Part shown: piece by piece, positions 48,693 through 50,473 of the stretch
How the letters are laid out: each line of letters opens with the position of its first letter
How positions within the stretch are numbered: position 1 is the stretch's first letter
Notes under the pieces: model-generated
Seen by the model: only the letters and a program-made list of their open reading frames with translations
Databases searched by the model: none
Told to the model about the DNA's origin: nothing
NCBI GenBank assembly: GCA_040220235.1
Contig: JAVJTO010000015.1
Direction: 5' to 3' (one strand)
DNA length: 50,473 nucleotides
Source of the DNA: Coleofasciculus sp. B1-GNL1-01
GTDB lineage: Bacteria > Cyanobacteriota > Cyanobacteriia > Cyanobacteriales > Coleofasciculaceae
Made by a program: the position numbers and the translations under genes

Positions 48693-49861
48693 TTATTCCA
48701 TAACTTGGCACAAATTTATTTTAATCCATTCAACTTCTTGTTTTAATCCATCAGTGTGCATCCAACCTACATATCCAGCAAATTTACAGTTATCTTGATC
48801 ATCATAAACATAGACATGATGAACTTGAACCGGATTGACAATGAGATATAGGGTTCCACTTCTATCTGGAAAATTGAGCGACTGTAAATTTCTGTCGATC
48901 GGACTATCATCCAACATTTTTTTGTCATACCGGGGACTTTATTTAAACGATTAATCACATCTCGGATAATCCCTTGACTTCCCAGAATATTAGACGTAAT
49001 TATATTAGCAGTTTGAGAACAATGCCAATAAAAACCATGAGCATCAGCGACACCTAATGCAAGTGCTGCTTCAAATTGACCAACAGCACGGGCAACTTTT
49101 TCAGCTAGATTAGCATCAGTCGAGATATATTCATCTCGAAAAAAGATGTTATCAGAGGGGTGGAGATTTAAGCTTGACCGCAGCGGATAAGCAACCAAAT
49201 CGGAGGAATGAATGATATTCCGCCATCTTAACGGTTGGTTTGGATAACAATTGGCAAATTGTTTAAGTTTATCTGGACTAACCTCTAACATCATATTCAG
49301 GAATAAAATGGGTGATCCCATAGTTGTGATGCTTTTGAGATGTACTTTTCTCCTTGACTCCGACTGGCTCAAGCCATGAATCATAGCTCGAATATTATAG
49401 GCTGGGTCTTCAGTGCTGAATCTATCGGAAAATAAGATATCCCATAGGATAACACTTCCCAGCGAGTGAGTAATAATATGGAGTTCTGTTTCTTCAGGAT
49501 TTTTAGTCAGAAAATCGGCTAGCTGTTGGAAAATCAGCTTTCTGATAGCAACACCCCGTTCAGGATTTAGGTAACTTAAAAAATCTCCACCGAACTCTGA
49601 TAGGAATCCTTCGCGAAATTCTCGATAGCGGAAAATATCATCTGGGCTAGTTTGGGGATACTCTTTCTTAAGTTCCTGCAAGTCTTGATGAATACAGTTC
49701 CATATCTTGCCAACATCTTTTAGGACATTTGCCCAAAAACAAGAATAAAAATGGGGACGAGATTGTCCTATTTGGTCAAACTCTTCCTGAATAAGACGTT
49801 GTAGTGGATCGGCATATCTGACGTTGGACGTGGCAACACCGTGAATAAAAAATACGAGCAT
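48693..49861 (-). CDS. Alpha/beta-hydrolase-like protein apparently split by a frameshift at an A7 run
   Basis: IHGV and THSLGS motifs in 48767..49861. The overlapping ORF 48693..48917 starts inside the A7 run (48917-48923) and would continue in frame with one extra A. Confidence 0.7.
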
Positions 49862-49959
49862 AGTTTAATCCTTCTCTGCCATTGTCTCATCCAGTGTTAC
49901 CCAAAAAATAGGCGATCGGCAATCTAAAACTGTGGACGCTTGCTCCTACAAATACTCTG

Positions 49960-50473
49960 TAGGAGGCGGGTTTAGCCGTTCACTTGGGATACTGTCGATA
50001 AGATGTATATCAAAACCCGCCCTCTAATCCGTTCGTTGGTCAATCAATATAATCTTATTCATAACGTTTATAGGCAGGGCGGGTTTTGTATTCTAGTTAG
50101 TAGGAACGATCAAAGTTAATCCCTAAACCCGCCCCTACACATTAATGTAACCAATCAAGCAGGGAAAAAAGCCGATTCTCCAATCAACAAACAAAAAGAA
50201 GATAAATATGAAGACCCTGCGTGTTTTATAAACGCACGTTCGTCTTTATTTTTTTATTTTTTATTTATGATTGCAGTATTTTATTTTTCTACTGATTGAT
50301 TGGTTTAATTTTTGTGTTGGGGCGGTTTTAGGTATTAAATTTGATATTTCATAATAAATATAATACAAAACCCGCCCTGCCTATATACGTTATTAATAAG
50401 ATTATATTGATTGACCAACGAACGGATTAGAGGGCGAGATTGGTTACATTAATGTGTAGGGGCGGGTTTAGGG
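49960..50473. repeat. Cluster of REP pairs and long inverted repeats
   Basis: Several GGGCGGGTTT/AAACCCGCCC arms; 50018-50092 is inverted at 50362-50436; 50121-50156 is inverted at 50438-50473. Confidence 0.88.

Noticed and set aside
1..50473. High density of GCGATCGC
   Set aside because: This is HIP1, a well-known cyanobacterial feature; useful for taxonomy, not novel

Overview
Chromosomal window from a salt-tolerant cyanobacterium, probably a filamentous Coleofasciculus/Microcoleus-like strain. This assignment is inferred from frequent HIP1 (GCGATCGC) sites, STRR heptamers, psaL/psaI/psb32 and ggpS. Housekeeping genes include prfB with its programmed frameshift, ybeY, dgkA, trpG/pabA, rnc, rnpB, corA, ggpS-glpD-gpsA and an slr0373-ycf46-slr0376-like operon. 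These are interspersed with accessory DNA: Uma2 genes, Doc and Fic remnants, a stand-alone toxin/immunity pair, and many REP/MITE/SDR-like repeats. Two candidates for undescribed systems stand out. (1) A non-coding tandem array of about 3.5 copies of a 276-bp unit at ~26950-27920; each unit carries its own TTGACA/TAGACT promoter-like motif followed by hairpins, and the three full units carry a HIP1 site. (2) A four-gene partner-switching cluster at 3561-9222 headed by an ammonium transporter-PAS-PP2C phosphatase fusion. All calls were made by eye from motifs and recalled family knowledge; no database search or folding program was run.
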